Assembly (NCBI GenBank): GCA_904063045.1
Contig: CAJFCJ010000012.1
Location: 2,496,498-2,560,497 of the forward strand
Length of the DNA: 64,000 bases
Reading direction: 5' to 3'
DNA from: Dimorphilus gyrociliatus
Taxonomy: Eukaryota > Animalia > Annelida
Both the position numbers and the translations under genes were made by a program. Under the pieces are notes generated by a model. The model saw only the letters and a list, made by a program, of their open reading frames with translations. It was not told where the DNA came from and did not search any database. Below are positions 1 through 12,332 of this stretch, in pieces (within the stretch, counting starts at the first letter, position 1; each line of letters begins with the position of its first letter).

Positions 1-571
1 ATCCCGAGGCGGCAAGATGAAAGGAAAATAAAACCTAATTAAGTTATAACCTTAATTGTACGTCGATTGCACATTATCTCATTTTTTGTCAACCTGTCAC
101 GCTCTTCAACCGTCTAAAGTTACCGATTCGTGCGAGAAAAGTCGATTTTTTACCACACAACCCGATTAAAGTTTGAACAATCCAATTTTTATCATGCAAT
201 TTTCAACTTTTCTTCTCTTCCACTTAACTTACTTTTCAATGATGAAAAATTCCTTGAATGTTCAATTATTTGTGTTTGTTTACTTAGTTACCAATTTGAA
301 AAGCATTAATTTACTATTTTCGTATTATTCCTTCTGATTAATAAGAGTCTATCTGTAGGAATGTTACCCAAAAGAGATGGAAAATTGAATTAATTCCATT
401 TTATCATGGGCATTAAATGGAGATTGATGAATCCCGGTAGAAAAATCCAAGTTGATTATCAATACTAAAAAAACAAGCAGTAGTAAAAATTGAATTACAT
501 TTTAATGAAGGCCTATAGAAAAAGCTGCTTTAATCAATCTACTAATTTTTATCATGAAGAGAAATGATACC

Positions 572-613
<42 letters not shown>

Positions 614-2994
614 AAAAAAAGAGAAATTGGGATTACGAGGTAGGAAATTTGATCTAATGCTCGTTCGCGTTATATCATGTAGATTAGTATCTTGATGACG
701 TACCGTAAATTCTATTCCTTCTCACATGCAAACAACGCTCATTCTAATTAGACGCATTCTTTTTGACGTCTGTTGTATATATATATATAAATATATATAT
801 AGCATTTATATAGATCTAACGTGCTGTTTATACAGCCAAATAGGGCTCGTAGTAAATTTTTTATTCTTTTATTTTCGCCAAGTAAAAGTTACGAGGAAAT
901 GAATCACGTGATCAATCTTACGTGGGAAAGTGTCTAGTTTTAATGAAGGCGTATAAAGTACAAAAATTACAGCTTGTTTTTCTCTTATTTTTAAAGATTA
1001 TCTAACGATGTCCAACAGGTCATTACGTAATTGACGCGTCTTGCCGGAAAAACGCACTTTCCGTGCGGAACAAAGCGATAATTCGATAAAATGCCTTCTT
1101 TCTCCACCAGCCGAAGCAGAATACGCATGCGTCGAAGGACGGCCCCCTCCGTCTGCCAACACTCGAAAAATTGACAGTTAATGTTCTACACCATTTCATT
1201 CCTACGCTTGTCTGACCGTTCCTAAGAGATGATCTTGTTCTCTTCCGCCTCAAGGTTAAAAAAAACCCTTCCATTCTTGTCTCAGCCCTCCTGACAAATC
1301 GGCGTTCATGCACCGTTTATTCGACGGCCATGGAAACACAGACTTCGCTATATTACATTCAGTACAATTAATAAACGCCCACAATTTAACCGAAAGGAGC
1401 CGTCATATTTTGTTCAAATTTCATGCTTCTTACTCATGCACACTAGAAAAAAATGGGCGAAGGGGTGGGGGGCGAGAGTGCGGGGGAGAAGGGGCGTCTC
1501 CAACTAGAAATTTTCCAATTTTATTTAACAACCACCGATCTTACGTAAAAGAGAAAAAAATGACTGATAGACGTTTTAGGATTAAAGTCTCTTTCCTCCG
1601 GGTTCAAGGAACTTTAAGCTTTTAATCAATTTAATGATAGATGGCGTTTTGGTGCTTAGGGGATTTAATCTACGCTTAAGAGTTTTTAATGACTGTTCAA
1701 CGACTCTTTCATCTTCTCCGCTATTATAAAATCACCAAACACGTTAATTATGCTTATTTTTTTCCTTCCCTTATTGTTTTCTTTTTTGTTTTCATTCTTT
1801 TTAACAATCCATTCCCTTTTGTCCTGCATGAGTAAAATCATCGAACCATCAAAGGCTACGCACCGTACTATATCGTTTATAATCTAGAGGTGATAAGTTA
1901 TACAGGTAGCCTTGGGATGCTGGTATTACTTCAAAGCTTCGGGGAATAAAGAAGAAGAGAGGAATGCAACTCGTAATCTACGTTCAACTCTGCGTAACAC
2001 GCGCCCATAGATATCGGTCGTTTGGTGGAAGGAAAAAAGATAAGCATCGGCAACCTATTCTTCCGTTTCGTTACAGCTATCAAATTGTAACATTTCCATC
2101 TCCCATTTCCTAGTATCGCCATCTATCGTTTTAGCTAAAGGAATTACAATCTTTTAAATCTATTAGTTGGACTTTATTAAATGCTGGGACGATTAGAGTA
2201 AACAGGCGAAAAGCGTTTTGATTGATAAATTTCGATTGATCTATAAATAGATCCATAAACTCGATAGAGGTATAAAATGTGCAGTAATACATATATTTGT
2301 ACTAATAAAACTTATTTTATTGATCTGAAATATCGAGCTTTATCCCCACTCTTTGTTCCAAATGAAAGAGGGAAAGAGCAGAGAGAAAGAGGCTTAGATA
2401 GACAGAGAGCGAAACCTTTAAAGGCTAGAAAAATAGGGTCAATCTTTACATTTCTATATTTACTTTAGCCATATTTCAGTCAACATAACAACCTCTTTTC
2501 GAATTCTTTATCAAACATACAATATCGAAATAGGTTATCCTATTCTTAAATAATTGCCTATCGGATTACGGCAGATGGCGCCTGAGGCCGTTTTCTCTAA
2601 TTTTTACTAAACCTATGTTAATTATTAAGAAGAACGATAGCTGGTTATTAAAAATAAACAGTTTAAATAGTAAATAATAGATTTTTACGGTGAACGAACA
2701 AAAAAGTGCCACAATATTTATAGTACTACTATTATAACGTAAAACAAACAAAGCCTAGAAGGCCGTCAAAATCGAACTACGCTAGGCCTATTTATTGACA
2801 GTGTAAGCCAGGTGCTGCATGATTTGTTCATTTACTAAACTGACGATCGTGTTTAGTAGATTATATTTTCTTTTTGGATTTTAAAAATGGTGGATAAGAC
2901 ATATATTTTGTTAATTGAATAAAATTTCTACTTTTTCGATTCACGAGCCGAGTCTCTCTCTGCCGAAAAATTCCATCTTTTATGCTCGTTTTAA

Positions 2995-4101
2995 ATGTTT
3001 GCGTGGCAGTCTAAGAGGCGTCTGACTAACGGTTACAAGTCGGAAGAGGAGACTGAAGAGGAAGAGGACGACGTAGAGGCGGGAGGAGCGGGAGGAGAGC
3101 GAGAAAGGAGAAAAACAGAAGGGATACATCATCAAGAATCCGAAAGGAAACCAACTCTAAACGGTTACTCTACTCATTCATCCTCATCTTTAAACGAGGT
3201 GAAAAGAGAGAGGACTACCATCAAATGTAGAAATTCTAGTTGTAAATTTGAAGTTCCCCTAGCAGAAGGAAGGAGGAGTTTTAAAACTTGCCATCACTGC
3301 TTTACCTATTATTGTAGTAGGCAGTGTCGAAGTGAACATAGGCCTAGACATAAACAAAATTGCCTGCAGTCTCGTTTAAATTCTGTTTGTAAGAGAGTCT
3401 TGAGGACTGTCCATGACGAAAGTCAATTAAGCGACGAATTCTCTAAAAGAGCCTTTACAGGCCTATTAAAATATGGAAAAGGATGTTTGATATTGGTTTT
3501 TGAGAACTGTCGGGAAGCTGAGGAATTTATCGTTGATCCAAAGATAAAAGACAATTTATCTTATCATTCGTTATCCGAATTGAAGAGAATTAGTGAGATT
3601 CATAAAGATGATACGGGTTACATACAAAAACTGATAAAAACTGTTGCAGAATATAATCCTGATATTAAGTTTGTCCTCGACGTTGAGATAGACGGTGAAA
3701 TGGAACAATGTCATCCTCTACCTAGAAATAGGACAACTATTATGAGAGAATACGGGAAATTTAGATTATCAGATAGTTACAAACTAATACCGCAAAAAGA
3801 CGGTCCCTATAGGCCTCTTATATTAACGGAAGTTCCATCGGAAGATAGTTCTGAATTAAGTAAGCGCCGAGTGTTTTTTGCTCACGTGCAAAGTAGACTA
3901 TTAGAGAGAGGTATTCGTTTAGAGAAGGATTATCCCCAAATCTACGTTCGTTTATGTAACTACGTTGAAAGAAATGAACACTTTGAACCAACGTGTATTT
4001 ATCCAATAGATAACAGAACAGGGAAAGAGTTTATGTGCTTAATAATGCCCGATTCGGAAGCGGACAAAGTAGATAAAGATGAATTTATTTTATCTTCTTA
4101 A
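2995..4101 (+). CDS. AJM1: Apical junction component 1 (AJM1/C9orf172)-like protein with MYND-type zinc finger; single-exon ORF, 5' end could extend via upstream exons
   Basis: 368-aa ORF. CRNSSC...FKTCHHCFTYYCSRQCRSEHRPRHKQNCLQSRLNSVCKRVL and the downstream FSKRAFTGLLKYGKGCLILVF match the conserved AJM1 C-terminal module as I recall it ([31 protein letters not shown]..V). Confidence 0.8.
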   Translation: MFAWQSKRRLTNGYKSEEETEEEEDDVEAGGAGGERERRKTEGIHHQESERKPTLNGYSTHSSSSLNEVKRERTTIKCRNSSCKFEVPLAEGRRSFKTCHHCFTYYCSRQCRSEHRPRHKQNCLQSRLNSVCKRVLRTVHDESQLSDEFSKRAFTGLLKYGKGCLILVFENCREAEEFIVDPKIKDNLSYHSLSELKRISEIHKDDTGYIQKLIKTVAEYNPDIKFVLDVEIDGEMEQCHPLPRNRTTIMREYGKFRLSDSYKLIPQKDGPYRPLILTEVPSEDSSELSKRRVFFAHVQSRLLERGIRLEKDYPQIYVRLCNYVERNEHFEPTCIYPIDNRTGKEFMCLIMPDSEADKVDKDEFILSS

Positions 4102-5250
4102 GAAGAAGAAGAAGAAGAAGAAGAACATTTATACAGAAAGAAAGATGAAACCAGGGAGGACGCAGGCCGTTTATCATGCAGATTCCAGTTATACTGTACT
4201 TGGTATAGTCGTTACTATCTATATTAAACTATATGCTTAATTTATATATAACTTGCATGTTTATAGTGACAATATATTAGATAGATATTGTATACATATA
4301 CAGTATATATAGATATATTTCCCTTTATATATAGATACAGTATACTTTTAGACTACAGAGAGAGATAATTAACTAGTGGGAGAGACGCCTAATAGGCTTG
4401 GGAGGGTAGTTAGAATTTTTTCTTATAGAATGTCAATTTGAAGTGGACGAACTGTGTTAACCTTGTTTTAATCCGATCGGCAACTTCAATGCAGAAGAAA
4501 TTCTCATATTCAATTGTTCGTCCGACCGTAAAAAATTGCAATAAATACAGATTATCAATAGGCTCTTTTTAATCTTTTTCCTTTTAACGGATCTTTTATG
4601 GAGGTATAGGAATCTTTCAGCTCTCTATACTTACCACTTGTACTCTCTCTCTCTTTTAAGAGGGTCACAATAACTTCCATTTTTCTTTCCTTTTCAGGAA
4701 TTGGCTACAGTTTCGAGGAGTTTCTTTTCTCCTTTCATACTTTTCAATTATTTCTTCAACTATCTTACGAATTGATCAACCACCCTTTTTTTCCCGCCGC
4801 CTTTCTCCTTTATTAATATTCTCTAGTCAATAGCTAAATTATAAATAAGTAGAATAACTCTCTAAGTCGTAGTCATAATATTGCTTTGTCCTTCTATCCT
4901 CTTCCAATTTATCCTCTCTTTTTTCTTTTTTTGCTTGAACGTTTTTTTTTTACTTAGCAATAACTGCAAAGCCTATTGAACAGTAATAGTACTCTAATCC
5001 GTTCAAAAATCTTATTTTTGTAGCCGTATCACTAGCCCTTATCCTTCCACTTCACTTAATCAATCATTTAATCAATCAATCAATCAATCAATCAATGAAA
5101 GCGATAAGAGAGGAAACGAGTCTTTTAGGGCTAATAATGTTTTATCTACTATAGGCGCCATCTACAAGACGATAAATAAATTAAAATAATAATAACAACA
5201 ATAAAGCAGTAATAATTTTAAATTTTTAAAGGATAAAGAATAAAACAAAT

Positions 5251-8200
5251 ATGAGAATATTAAGATTTTATTCAATAATATTAGTAAAATATCCTTATAT
5301 CAATATAATAGGAGTCTTTATACTAATAGGAAGTTGTATCTATTCAATAATAGTTGCAAATATCCCATTACCCGACTTTCAAAATCCTACAAAGGTATCA
5401 TTTTCAATTAATATTGATATTTATCCTTTTTTTCTTCTTTTCTTAAAGGAATATAAACATATGTATATATACAGTGCTAACTCGGCTATAGTCAACTATA
5501 CATTACTAGAAGTTCGATAACTATTGATAGAATATTTTTTTTTAAAAAAAAACCCATCGCAAGAATGTTTTACCATTCTTCATTAGAAATTCCAAATAAA
5601 AGCGATAATTGATTAATACGTTACAACTTAAAAAAATCATCTTCCTTTATACAGTGGCGCCTTCTATCATAGTTTTTATAGTATATTGTCTAAGGTTGGC
5701 TCTAACGGTGTTTCATTGTATATATTCAATTAGTATTTACATTTTGCGCTTATATTATATGTATATATTTATCTATATACAATATATATAGGGTTTTATG
5801 GCTAAGGGAACAAAACTGGCAATATCTACTTTATTTACATCCTATTTGAACTGCGAAACTTATATAAATATAAGAAATTGTAACGTTAAATTTAATCGTT
5901 CACCTCATCGCAGTTTTATAAAGAAATCTTATAAATTAAATGGCAATTTCAATACTTTCAATGAGAGGAAGAAAAGAAAAACTTCAAATGTTTATAATTG
6001 TACTAGATTTATGATTACTCATAATGAGAGATTTAATAAAGAATTCAATCAAAAGAGAGTTGCTAATAGTATGAGAAATATTTTCTTTTCTTCGTTTTGC
6101 TTCATTAAAAATCTTTTTTTTCCCTCTCTCTTTCTCGCTCTTCTTCTTTCTCCTTGTTTCCTTATCTCTCTATCTTTCTCTCTCTCTCTCTCTCTTTATC
6201 CTTCTATTCATTTATCTGTCTATCTTATTATCTTTTTCATACTCTCATCTCTTATATTTTGCTTTTAAATTTTAGGTTTTGATGTTATTTTAGGACCGAC
6301 TAGGCCTGGACTTGACCTCTTTCAACAATCTATTCTCATTGATATATGTAAATTTCAAAAAGTCCTCTATAGTGGAACTAAATTTGCAGAAACAAAAGAC
6401 GAAATTCAAAGCTTACTATTGAAAAAATGCGGCGCTAGAAGCTTAGGAGCATACGTTGCAGCATACGCAGGAAGAGCCCACTGCTTGCAATTGACAAAAG
6501 AGGATGTTTATCATGCTAAACACTTAATTACCGAATGCGGACCGAGGGAAAGAGAAATAAGAGAAATGTTGGAAAAGCAAAAGTATGTTAAATCAAAAGT
6601 GGGTGTGGTTACGAGGAAAAAACGGGAACAGAGTTATAGAAAATCATTCGACCAATGCGTTGAAGCTTATGAAAGAGGCTTATTAAAGTTTATAATTGCT
6701 TTTCTTGTACCTGTTAGCTACTCTAACGGAAGTGATAAAATTCTTAAGTTCACAAGGATTTTCGGCAACGAAATATTGTCACGCAATATTAAAAACTTCT
6801 ACAAGTACTTACTAAAACCTGGAAAAATGAAATATAATAACATCAAGGTTGTGGGTTTAAAGCTATGTAGGAGATGTAAGCATATCCTCTTTCCGGATAT
6901 TCTCCTTGGGGATTTCTTCTATTTAGCACTAGGTTTGGGTAGCGTTATGATTATCCTTATGCTTTATACAGGATCGGTATTTTTAATGATTGCTACTTTA
7001 TTGGAAGTATGCTTCTCATTTATATTCAGTTACTTTGTCTATCATTTGGTTCTAGGATTAAATTTTTTTCCATCTATGAACGTCGTCGCTCTCCTCATCC
7101 TAGTTGCTATTGGAACAGACGACGTTTTCATCTTTTTCGATACATTTCAACAAGAAACTTACCAATTTCAACTGAAAAACATAGACGAAAAAGACGATTT
7201 AATTGACGTATTGGAAAAAACTCTTGAACACGTTATAACGTCCATTTCGGTGACGTCACTGACAACTTCAACAGCTTTTTTTGCGGGTACTATTACTAGT
7301 ATAACAGCCCTTAAATGCTTTTCGATATTTAGTGGTATAGTTGTGCTAGCTAATCTATTATTTATGATTTTGTGGATACCGGCAATATGTATTGTATTGA
7401 GATATTTCAATGAAAAGCTATATAACCCATTCGTTAGGCCTATAATAAGTTTTCAATGTCTAACCAATGGCTGTGAAAAAGTTTGCAATTTTATTCAACG
7501 TCTAAATACATACATCTATTCTATTTTAATACCAAATTTCGTAATTAACTATAAAATAGAATTGATTTTTCTCCTAATGACAGTTGGTACTTCCGGTATT
7601 ATTGTTGTACTTATAACTCCGAAGTTTAAATTACCGAGTCAAGATAGTTTTCCAGTCTATAGGAATGACGTTCCGTTAGAAGCTTATGAACAAATTTATC
7701 ATGGTTTGTTTAGAGATTATCAAGAGATGCAGAAAATTAGAAACGATAGGGGCCTGCCTCTCCATTTCGTTTTCGGATCGAAGTTAGAGGATAGAGGTAG
7801 TAGATGGGATCCCGAAGATGTTCGAGTTTTAAATCCATCTTTTAAAATCAACTTTCAAGATTATAATACTTTAAACTATTTTAAGATTATCGGTAAAAGG
7901 GCATTAAGTAAAGATTGGACAAGAGAACATACTTCTACATTGAAAATAGTGTTCTTTATTGATTTCTTTGAAGAGGTACTGAAGGAAAATTGTAATATAA
8001 ATTCACCTCAAGGATGTTGCGGCATTCCTATCATAAGGAGACTATTTCCAGTTAAATTAATAAGCACATGCTTTTATTACGTTGCAGAAAGAGCTGAAAA
8101 AGAGTTAAAAACCCTTCAACAGTTAAATATTGACCAAAGTAATAGCTCCGCAAATCAAAGGTATTTACTGGACTATCCCATATTTAACAAGAAAACTGGA

Positions 8201-9043
8201 AGATTAAGTTTTTTTCTTATAACCCTATTAACAAAACAAGGTTTTACCTCAAAATACGAACCTATGAACGAATTGAAGAACGATCTAGACGATTTTTGGC
8301 AAAGTATAAAGAATGATGAAAAGATTATCACTCCTAAAGGTACGGAGCATGGTTTCTATTCAACTTATCTTTTAATGTATGAAATACAAAACTTACTATC
8401 GTCGAATACTTACGAATCGATGGGAATTTCCTTAATCATCTCCTTTCTTGTCATGTTGGCTACTACTCTAAATATATTAATTACTGTATTTGCCATTATC
8501 TCGATAGCTTTTGCCATCTTTACAACAACTGGTATACTCGTTCTTTGCGGTTGGCAGTTGAATATAATAGAAAGCGTTACAATTTCACTAGCTGTTGGAA
8601 TGAGCATTGACTTTGCTATACACTACGGCGTGGCGTATAAGCTGTCTAAATTAGAGTTAAGGGAGGATAGGATGAGAGAATCTCTAAAAAGGGTTGGTAG
8701 TTCAGTTACAATAGCATCCCTAACAACAATTTTAACGGGGTTATGCGCTATAACATCGTCTGTAGATGTCTTTCAGAAGCTCGGTACATTCCTTGTAACA
8801 GTAATGATTGTTAGTTGGATATTTGCTACATTTTTCTTTCTCTCTCTTTGTGCTTTAGCTGGTCCAGAAGGAGCATGTGGTCAGTTGAGTAATCCTTTAA
8901 AGCTTATATCATTACGACTGAATAAAGAGAAGGAAGAAGAAGAAGAAGAAGAAGAAGAAGAGGAAAAAGAAGAAGAAGAAGAGGAAGAGGAAGAAAAAGA
9001 ACTAGAAGAAGAAGATGATGATGATATAGAAAGAAGTAAATAA
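5251..9043 (+). CDS. DISP1: Protein dispatched homolog (RND/sterol-sensing-domain Hedgehog exporter), about 1062 aa; exons 5251-5394, 5792-6068, 6276-9043
   Basis: Splicing at canonical GT/AG sites keeps the frame (144+277+2768 = 3189 nt). The exon 1/2 junction gives LPDFQNPTK|GFMAKGT, matching Disp LPDFSDP..GFEPRGT. SSD region FFPSMNVVALLILVAIGTDDVF; TM10 AVGMSIDFAIHYG; many TM helices. Confidence 0.92.
8925..9020 (+). repeat. (GAA)n-type repeat encoding the acidic poly-Glu/Asp tail of Dispatched
   Basis: Run of gaa/gag/gat codons giving EKEEEEEEEEEEKEEEEEEEEKELEEEDDDD. Confidence 0.9.
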
Positions 9044-9291
9044 CCTAGATGGCTATTGTCTTAATATTTCTTCAGTCGATTCTTGTCTACATATATCATT
9101 AAGAGTCGATAGCAAAAAAGTGTAAAATACCATAAATGTAGTCTATTTTCATATTACAATAAATTTACTTCCAATTCGGTAAAACATTCAGAAAAAAAAC
9201 TATTCTTTGTTCAACACTCTGGGTTACCTTTGTGTCTCTTTGAATTCGAATAGGTAACCAGACTAAAAATATCAATTGTGTAACGGAAACT

Positions 9292-11148
9292 ATGGAACAG
9301 GTTCGCACTTTGGTGAGATACGGTTCTTTTACAAATTTTCTGAAGAAGTTCCTACAAACTCTTCAAGTATTCGTATTATTATTATTTATATCAATTATGT
9401 TTACATACCTTAACTCAAAAAACAATAATTTAAAGGAATCAGTAGCATGTGTGATGCCAAAGTTATCACTTTGGCCTCCACAGCTAGAAAAATATAATTA
9501 TAAGCCTAAACCAATTGTTTGTGACCCACTCAACAACGACTGGGTTTTCACCAGAAAGGGAAAACTATACATTAGAAAAGTTTATGATAACATCACTTGT
9601 CAAGCTGTTATTAAATATACGAAAGATGCAGAAGAAACAAACGAAAGAAAATACGCAAAGGTTTACAACGGAAGGACAATAAATGTTTACAATAACTCGC
9701 CAGTGCCATCTGATGTATTTAAAGTATCTTGTAAAGCGAAACTATCAAATGGAACAGAGTTAAACTACTCTAAATTGATATTAACAATTAAAAGAAGACT
9801 GGATATTCCACAAAAATTGAATAAAACAGATTTAGAGAATAAATTGAATATATTAATTTTTCAAATTGATTCCGTCTCCAAGATGTCATGGTATAGAAGA
9901 CTTAATCAAACTGTTCAAACATTCAAACACTTGGGAGGAATATGGTTTGAAAAAGCAAATGATATAGGAAAGGGTACTATTAAAACCCTTCTACCTATGT
10001 TTACAGGTAAGAGAGAGTGGGATTTACACAAAGCAGAGAGGGGCGTTAAAGGTGCTAGTCACTTGGACGACTTTCCATGGATTTGGAAAGATTTCAAAAA
10101 GATGAAATATGTCTTTCTCTACGGGGACAAAAATACATTTCATTATAGATTTCTTGGATTTAAGAAACCGCCGTCTCATCACTATGCTCGTCCTTGGTTT
10201 CTTACTTTTCCCAACGAAATCACTAAAAAGTATTGTATTGGTAACGAAACTAGGCATCAAATTTTACTTAACTACATCGAAGAATTCTGGGAAGCGTATA
10301 GAGGTCATCCAAAATTATCTTTTGTTAATCTTGAAGAATTTTCTCACGGTAAATATGTTGATGTAGAATTAATTGACAAAGCTCACAGTGATTGGCTATT
10401 GTCTCTAAAGTCTTCAGGTAAGTTGGAAGACACTCTAGTACTTCTTATGTCCGATCACGGCTTATTATATATGAAAATTGCCGAAGAAAATCAAATGGAA
10501 TACGAAGGTTTGAACCCTTATTGGGGTATGTTAATACCAGATTCCTTTAGAACGAAGTATCCACAGCTGGTGTCAAATCTTGAATCAAATAGAGACAAAC
10601 TCATTACGCCATTGGATATGCACGCCACTCTAGGTCAGCTAGTCGAAATTTTATCAGGAAATAGTATTAGACCAATTAGACATACAAAAGCTTTAAGCCT
10701 ATTTGAGAAAATTCCTTCAGAACGAACTTGTAGCGGAGCGAATATTCCACCGGAATATTGTCTTTGTGTTCGATACGAAAGCATAAGTACGCAATCTAGA
10801 TTGATTTTAAAAATGGCAAGTTTAATTGAAGATAGAATGAATGAGAAGATATCTGATTTAAGACAGGTTTGTCATAAGTTAGAAATAATGAAAGTAGTGT
10901 CAGTGCAAAAGAGCACTAAGTCTTTCATGCTTGAGCATTTCCAGTCAAAAGCAGTTTATAAGTTTGTAATAAAAATGAAGAATTTTAATATGGTTTTCAA
11001 TGCTATTGTTCTGTTCAAAATGTCATTTTATCATCTAAATCCTACAATATCAATTGAACATATGTCAAGACTTGATAGATACGCAGAAACATCGAAATGT
11101 ATATCTAATAAGTACCCGTATTTAGCTATATTCTGCTATTGCAAATAA
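9292..11148 (+). CDS. DUF229-family protein (alkaline phosphatase/sulfatase-like superfamily), type II membrane anchor, copy 1
   Basis: Intronless 618-aa ORF with an N-terminal hydrophobic anchor, NILIFQIDSVS (DUF229 N..I.GIDS.S motif), LLMSDHG, and C-terminal CxxANIP.EYCLC and FCYCK typical of DUF229. Confidence 0.85.
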   Translation: MEQVRTLVRYGSFTNFLKKFLQTLQVFVLLLFISIMFTYLNSKNNNLKESVACVMPKLSLWPPQLEKYNYKPKPIVCDPLNNDWVFTRKGKLYIRKVYDNITCQAVIKYTKDAEETNERKYAKVYNGRTINVYNNSPVPSDVFKVSCKAKLSNGTELNYSKLILTIKRRLDIPQKLNKTDLENKLNILIFQIDSVSKMSWYRRLNQTVQTFKHLGGIWFEKANDIGKGTIKTLLPMFTGKREWDLHKAERGVKGASHLDDFPWIWKDFKKMKYVFLYGDKNTFHYRFLGFKKPPSHHYARPWFLTFPNEITKKYCIGNETRHQILLNYIEEFWEAYRGHPKLSFVNLEEFSHGKYVDVELIDKAHSDWLLSLKSSGKLEDTLVLLMSDHGLLYMKIAEENQMEYEGLNPYWGMLIPDSFRTKYPQLVSNLESNRDKLITPLDMHATLGQLVEILSGNSIRPIRHTKALSLFEKIPSERTCSGANIPPEYCLCVRYESISTQSRLILKMASLIEDRMNEKISDLRQVCHKLEIMKVVSVQKSTKSFMLEHFQSKAVYKFVIKMKNFNMVFNAIVLFKMSFYHLNPTISIEHMSRLDRYAETSKCISNKYPYLAIFCYCK

Positions 11149-12332
11149 GCATTTCTATTGAAATGAATCATTGCTACTTCGACAAATAATTGTTATTTGT
11201 TAAATTTTATCTTTATTCTTTCAGTATTATTTAATATTTAATAAATACCCAAGTTTATCCATATTCTGCTATTGCCAATTGTTGAGCAATAATTATTATA
11301 AAGGCTATTATCTTCTTTGTATCGAAATTTGTAATAGAATTCAATAAATGCAAACAAATAGACAAAGATAAAGAATTAGCACAGTGCACCTTATTTAGAA
11401 AAGGAGGGAGATACATTACAGCTAATAATTATTGAACATCTTTCCAAGTTTCCTAAATAGATATGAAAGTGATAAGACATATTGAATAGTAAAAGAAAAT
11501 TGAAACAAACTATCAAATGATTAATTAATAGATCGAATTCATTCATAAATTCGTTTGTTGATGCAATAAAAAAATATAAAGAAAGCTTAAAAATCAAAGA
11601 TATGTTTCACTCATGAGAAATCCTTTTTAGTTTTCTCTATTGTTGTATAGGGAAACGTTCCATTCTTAGATGAAGGTTCCTTTTCGAAAATTTGAAATTT
11701 CCATTCACGTTTCCAAAAGCACATCTGGTGTTTAATAGAGTAGGAGGTAACTTTTTTCTTTCACTCTATTTTTATATATTCATTGATTATTTGGTGATGA
11801 GGACTGGTCGGCCAATTAAAAAATTCTTTAGAACTTGAAACATTTTTATTGAATCAAAAGTAGAAAAAGTAGGTGAAGAATAAGAATATAAGGGAAGCAA
11901 CAAAGCGGGTATTGGATATTCATTATCGTCGTTTTTTCAGCAACATGTCCATTTTTCCTAAGTTGTTCATTTGAGAGTTTGAAAGCGGAACAATGGATTT
12001 CAATTTATGTTCAAAAATATCCAATTTCATCATTGAGAACAGTTAAAAAACTATAATTCAACTGACGCACATAAAAATTTTCAAGGATACATTTGTGGAA
12101 TCAGAGAATTCAATTTAAAAGTCAAAGGGGTGGGAAACTTTTACCCAAACACAGATTAAATTGTAAATTTAAGGTAATACTTGACCTATACTGTTCTTCT
12201 AGCACTAAACATTAGCTTTTCAATTTTTTATATAGTGTATTCCCTCATAATTAACCTTGAATTGTATATCCGACAATTCGGATAGGTAACCATATTATTA
12301 AAAACGCAAAGTTAACATCATTAGTCGAGAAT

